The position numbers and the translations under genes are program-made. Below are positions 36,822 through 39,256 of a stretch of DNA of 39,256 nt, in pieces (positions within the stretch are counted from its first letter, which is position 1; each line of letters begins with the position of its first letter). Source of the DNA: Actinomycetota bacterium (GTDB lineage: Bacteria; Actinomycetota; Acidimicrobiia; IMCC26256; VFJJ01); assembly GCA_009886115.1 (NCBI GenBank), contig VFJJ01000191.1, positions 1 to 39,256 on the forward strand, given 5' to 3'. Under the pieces are notes generated by a model. That model was not told where the DNA came from and did not search any database. It worked only from the letters and a program-made list of their open reading frames with translations.

Positions 36822-37991
36822 GTGGAGCTGCAGTTCACCAAGGCGGAGCAGGAGTTCCGCGACGAAGTGCGCACCTGGCTCTCGGAGCACGTCCCCCGAG
36901 AACGCCGCCCCCGAGACCTTCGGGCGGCCCGCGACTTCGACCTGGCCTGGCAGCGCACGCAATACGACGCCGGCTGGGCCGGGATCGCCTGGCCCGTCGA
37001 GTACGGCGGCCGGGGCCTGTCGCTCACCCAGCAGCTCATCTGGTTCGAGGAGTACGCCCGGACGGGCCTCGTCTCGATCGACTCGCGGTTTGTGGGTCTG
37101 GCCCACGCCGGGCCCACGCTCATCGCCAGGGCCACCCCCGAGCAGCAGGCGCAGCATCTGCCGCCGATCCTGCGCGGCGACGTCGTGTGGTGCCAGGGGT
37201 TCTCCGAGCCGGAGGCGGGGTCCGACCTGGCCTCGCTGCGCACCCGGGCGATCGTCGACGGCGACGACCTCGTCGTCACCGGCCAGAAGGTGTGGACGAG
37301 CTTCGCGCCCATCGCCGACTGGCAGGAGCTGCTCGTGCGCACCGACCCCGACGCCCCGAAGCACAAGGGGATCACCTGGGTCATCTGCGACATGCGTTCG
37401 CCGGGGATCGAGGTGCGGCCGTTGCGCACCATCCCGGGATCGGCCGAGTTCGCCGAGGTGTTCTACGACGAGGTTCGCATCCCGACGGCCAACGTCGTGG
37501 GGGCGGTCAACGACGGCTGGCGCGTCGCCATGTCGACCCTGTCGTTCGAGCGGGGGACGGCGTTCACGATCGACCAGGTGCAGCTGGCGATGACGGTCGA
37601 CCGGCTGATCGAGCTGGCCCGGCAGCGCAAGGGCTTCGACGGCAGGCCGCTGATCGCCGACGAGGCGATCGCCGGCGAGCTGGCCTTGGCCCGGGCCGAG
37701 GTGTCGGCGCTCCGGGCGATGACCTACGCCGGGGTCTCGCGCAACCTCACCAGCGCCGAGCCCGGCCCCGAGGGATCGATGTTCAAGCTGTTCTGGTCGG
37801 AGTTGGCCCAACGGGTCGACCGGCTGGCCATGGACGTCCTCGGTGCCGGCGGCCTTCGGCGACGTGACGAGTCGCCCGACGCTGAGTGGATCGAGCGCTA
37901 CCTCAGCTCGTACGCGAACTCCATCGGTGGGGGAACCTCGGAGATCCAGCGCAACATCATCGCCGAGCGGGTGCTCGGGCTACCCCGCTGA
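36822..37991 (+). CDS. Acyl-CoA dehydrogenase (probable catalytic subunit of a heteromeric FadE-type pair)
   Basis: WPVEYGG, WCQGFSEPEAGSDLASL, GQKVWTS, NDGWRVAMSTLSFERG, SIGGGTSEIQRNII.ERVLGLP. Confidence 0.95.
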   Translation: MELQFTKAEQEFRDEVRTWLSEHVPRERRPRDLRAARDFDLAWQRTQYDAGWAGIAWPVEYGGRGLSLTQQLIWFEEYARTGLVSIDSRFVGLAHAGPTLIARATPEQQAQHLPPILRGDVVWCQGFSEPEAGSDLASLRTRAIVDGDDLVVTGQKVWTSFAPIADWQELLVRTDPDAPKHKGITWVICDMRSPGIEVRPLRTIPGSAEFAEVFYDEVRIPTANVVGAVNDGWRVAMSTLSFERGTAFTIDQVQLAMTVDRLIELARQRKGFDGRPLIADEAIAGELALARAEVSALRAMTYAGVSRNLTSAEPGPEGSMFKLFWSELAQRVDRLAMDVLGAGGLRRRDESPDAEWIERYLSSYANSIGGGTSEIQRNIIAERVLGLPR

Positions 37992-38046
37992 ACCCCGCTG
38001 GCGCTCCGCCGGCACCCGCCTGCGCCCGCCGGCGCTCCGCCTGCAC
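37982..38046. repeat. Degenerate 10-11-bp tandem repeat (CCGCYKGCRC) starting across the ACAD stop codon
   Basis: accccgctg is duplicated around the TGA, followed by ccgctggcgct ccgccggcac ccgcctgcgc ccgccggcgct ccgcctgcac. Confidence 0.55.
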
Positions 38047-38106
38047 GAGCGCCGCAGCTCCCGGTCGGTCCCCGCCAGCCGATCCGACCCGATCCCCGAG
38101 GACACC

Positions 38107-39138
38107 ATGGATCTGACACCGACCGTCGATCAGGAGGAGATCATCTCCTCGACTCGCGCCTTCCTCGTCGACCGGCTCCCCGTGGCCCGCACCCGCGAGC
38201 TCATCGACGAGCCGTCGAACGTCGATCTCGACGCCTGGCGGGCGAGTGCCGAGCAGGGGTGGTTCGGTCTCGGGCTGGCCGAGGTGCTCGGCGGTGTGGG
38301 GGTCGGTCTGGCCGACGAGGCGCTGCTGTTCAGGGAGATCGGCCGTTCGTTGGCTTCTGGCCCGTTCCTGGCCACCACCTTGGCGGCGCGGGTCGCTGCG
38401 GTCGCCGGGTTCGACGATCTGGCCGCCCGGTTGCTCGAGGGCACGGTGAGGGCTGGGCTGGCTGAACCCCGGTCGCAGCTCGACGCCTTCGGCCCTGGAG
38501 GCGTCGACGGCGACCTCGACCTGTTCGACGCGGTCGACGTGGAGGTGGTCGTCCTGGTCGGTGTCGGCGGTGCGGCGTTGCTCAGCATGTCGGCACTCGC
38601 CGACATCACGCCGGTGGAGTGCATCGACCCCGCCAGCCGCCTGCACGAGGCAACGGCGACGTCGGCCCTGCCCCTCGCGTTCGTCGCTGCGAGCGCCGAC
38701 CCGGTGTTCCTGCGGGGCGTCACCTTGAGCGCAGCCGCGCTGGCGGGCATGGCCGAGGCCCTGCGCGACCTCTCGGCCGAGCACGCACGGACCCGCATCC
38801 AGTTCGGCTCGCCCATCGGCACGAACCAGGCCGTCAAGCATCCCTGTGCCGAGATGCACGTCCGGGCCGAGGCCGCATGGTCGCAGACGGTCTTCGCCGC
38901 ACTGGCCCTCGACGAGGACCGGGCCGATGCCGAGTTCCACGCCTTGGCGGCCAAGGTGGTCGCGTCGCAGGCGGCCCGGCGCAACGCTGCGGCGGCGATC
39001 CAAGTGCTCGGGGGCATGGGCTTCACGTTCGAGCACGACGCCCACCTCTACATGAAGCGCGCCCACGTGCTCGCCCATGTGCTCGGCGATGCCCGCTGGG
39101 CCCAGGCCCGTCTGCTCAACCTCCCCGTCGAGCTGTAG
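38107..39138 (+). CDS. Acyl-CoA dehydrogenase-like protein (probable partner subunit of a heteromeric ACAD)
   Basis: MDLTPTVDQE, EIGRSL..GP, RIQFGSPIGTNQAVKH, QVLGGMGFTFEHDAHLY.KRA. Lacks the FSEP.AGSD FAD motif. Confidence 0.9.
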   Translation: MDLTPTVDQEEIISSTRAFLVDRLPVARTRELIDEPSNVDLDAWRASAEQGWFGLGLAEVLGGVGVGLADEALLFREIGRSLASGPFLATTLAARVAAVAGFDDLAARLLEGTVRAGLAEPRSQLDAFGPGGVDGDLDLFDAVDVEVVVLVGVGGAALLSMSALADITPVECIDPASRLHEATATSALPLAFVAASADPVFLRGVTLSAAALAGMAEALRDLSAEHARTRIQFGSPIGTNQAVKHPCAEMHVRAEAAWSQTVFAALALDEDRADAEFHALAAKVVASQAARRNAAAAIQVLGGMGFTFEHDAHLYMKRAHVLAHVLGDARWAQARLLNLPVEL

Positions 39139-39195
39139 CCGCCCCGGTGTGCAGCGCCCGGTCGCTCGATCCCGTGTCGGTCGCCGATTCGCCGG

Positions 39196-39256
39196 CCGGT
39201 CAGTCCCCGGTCAGTCACCGGTCAGTCGCCGGTCAGTCGCCGGTCAGTCGCCGGTC
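39196..39256. repeat. Tandem repeat, 11-bp unit CCGGTCAGTCN x at least 5.5, running to the window end
   Basis: ccggtcagtcc ccggtcagtca ccggtcagtcg ccggtcagtcg ccggtcagtcg ccggtc. Confidence 0.92.

Noticed and set aside
150..39078. Many long overlapping or antisense ORFs in the track (e.g. 6197-8140, 35790-37811, 12192-13664, 28262-29668, 32385-33710)
   Set aside because: Shadow ORFs expected at very high GC. They are Arg/Pro/Gly-rich or antisense mirrors of genes with clear family motifs and have no motifs of their own.
31401..39256. Short repeat arrays as possible CRISPR arrays
   Set aside because: Units are 10-11 bp and directly adjacent with no unique spacers, and there are no cas genes.

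Overview
A gene-dense, very GC-rich actinobacterial window (Acidimicrobiia-like, inferred from gene content) with about 37 CDSs and no rRNA, tRNA or CRISPR that I can see. It is mostly a catabolic region for acyl-CoA, lipid, steroid or aromatic compounds. It encodes a CoA-transferase, a cyclase-family hydrolase, four crotonases, six SDRs (one mycofactocin-type), an AcuI-like reductase, a P450/F420-LLM/APH-kinase/SDR operon, a FlK-like thioesterase, an ADP-forming acyl-CoA ligase, VOC and amidohydrolase enzymes, a Liv-type ABC importer, WS/DGAT, two AMP-dependent ligases, a dienelactone hydrolase-SnoaL fusion and a probable heteromeric acyl-CoA dehydrogenase pair. The non-routine items are: (1) a compositionally distinct DUF222/13E12-type HNH endonuclease gene with a RecA-NDp/PafBC-like leaderless promoter and flanking hairpins; (2) a perfect 25-bp-arm palindrome flanked by G-rich tandem repeats; (3) recurring intergenic tandem repeats with a 10-11 bp period, two carrying stop codons in all frames; (4) an LLM gene with an apparent large in-frame internal deletion; (5) a large methyltransferase with a degenerate SAM motif. 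None of these is shown to be a novel system from sequence alone. All family calls are by motif recognition, not database search.
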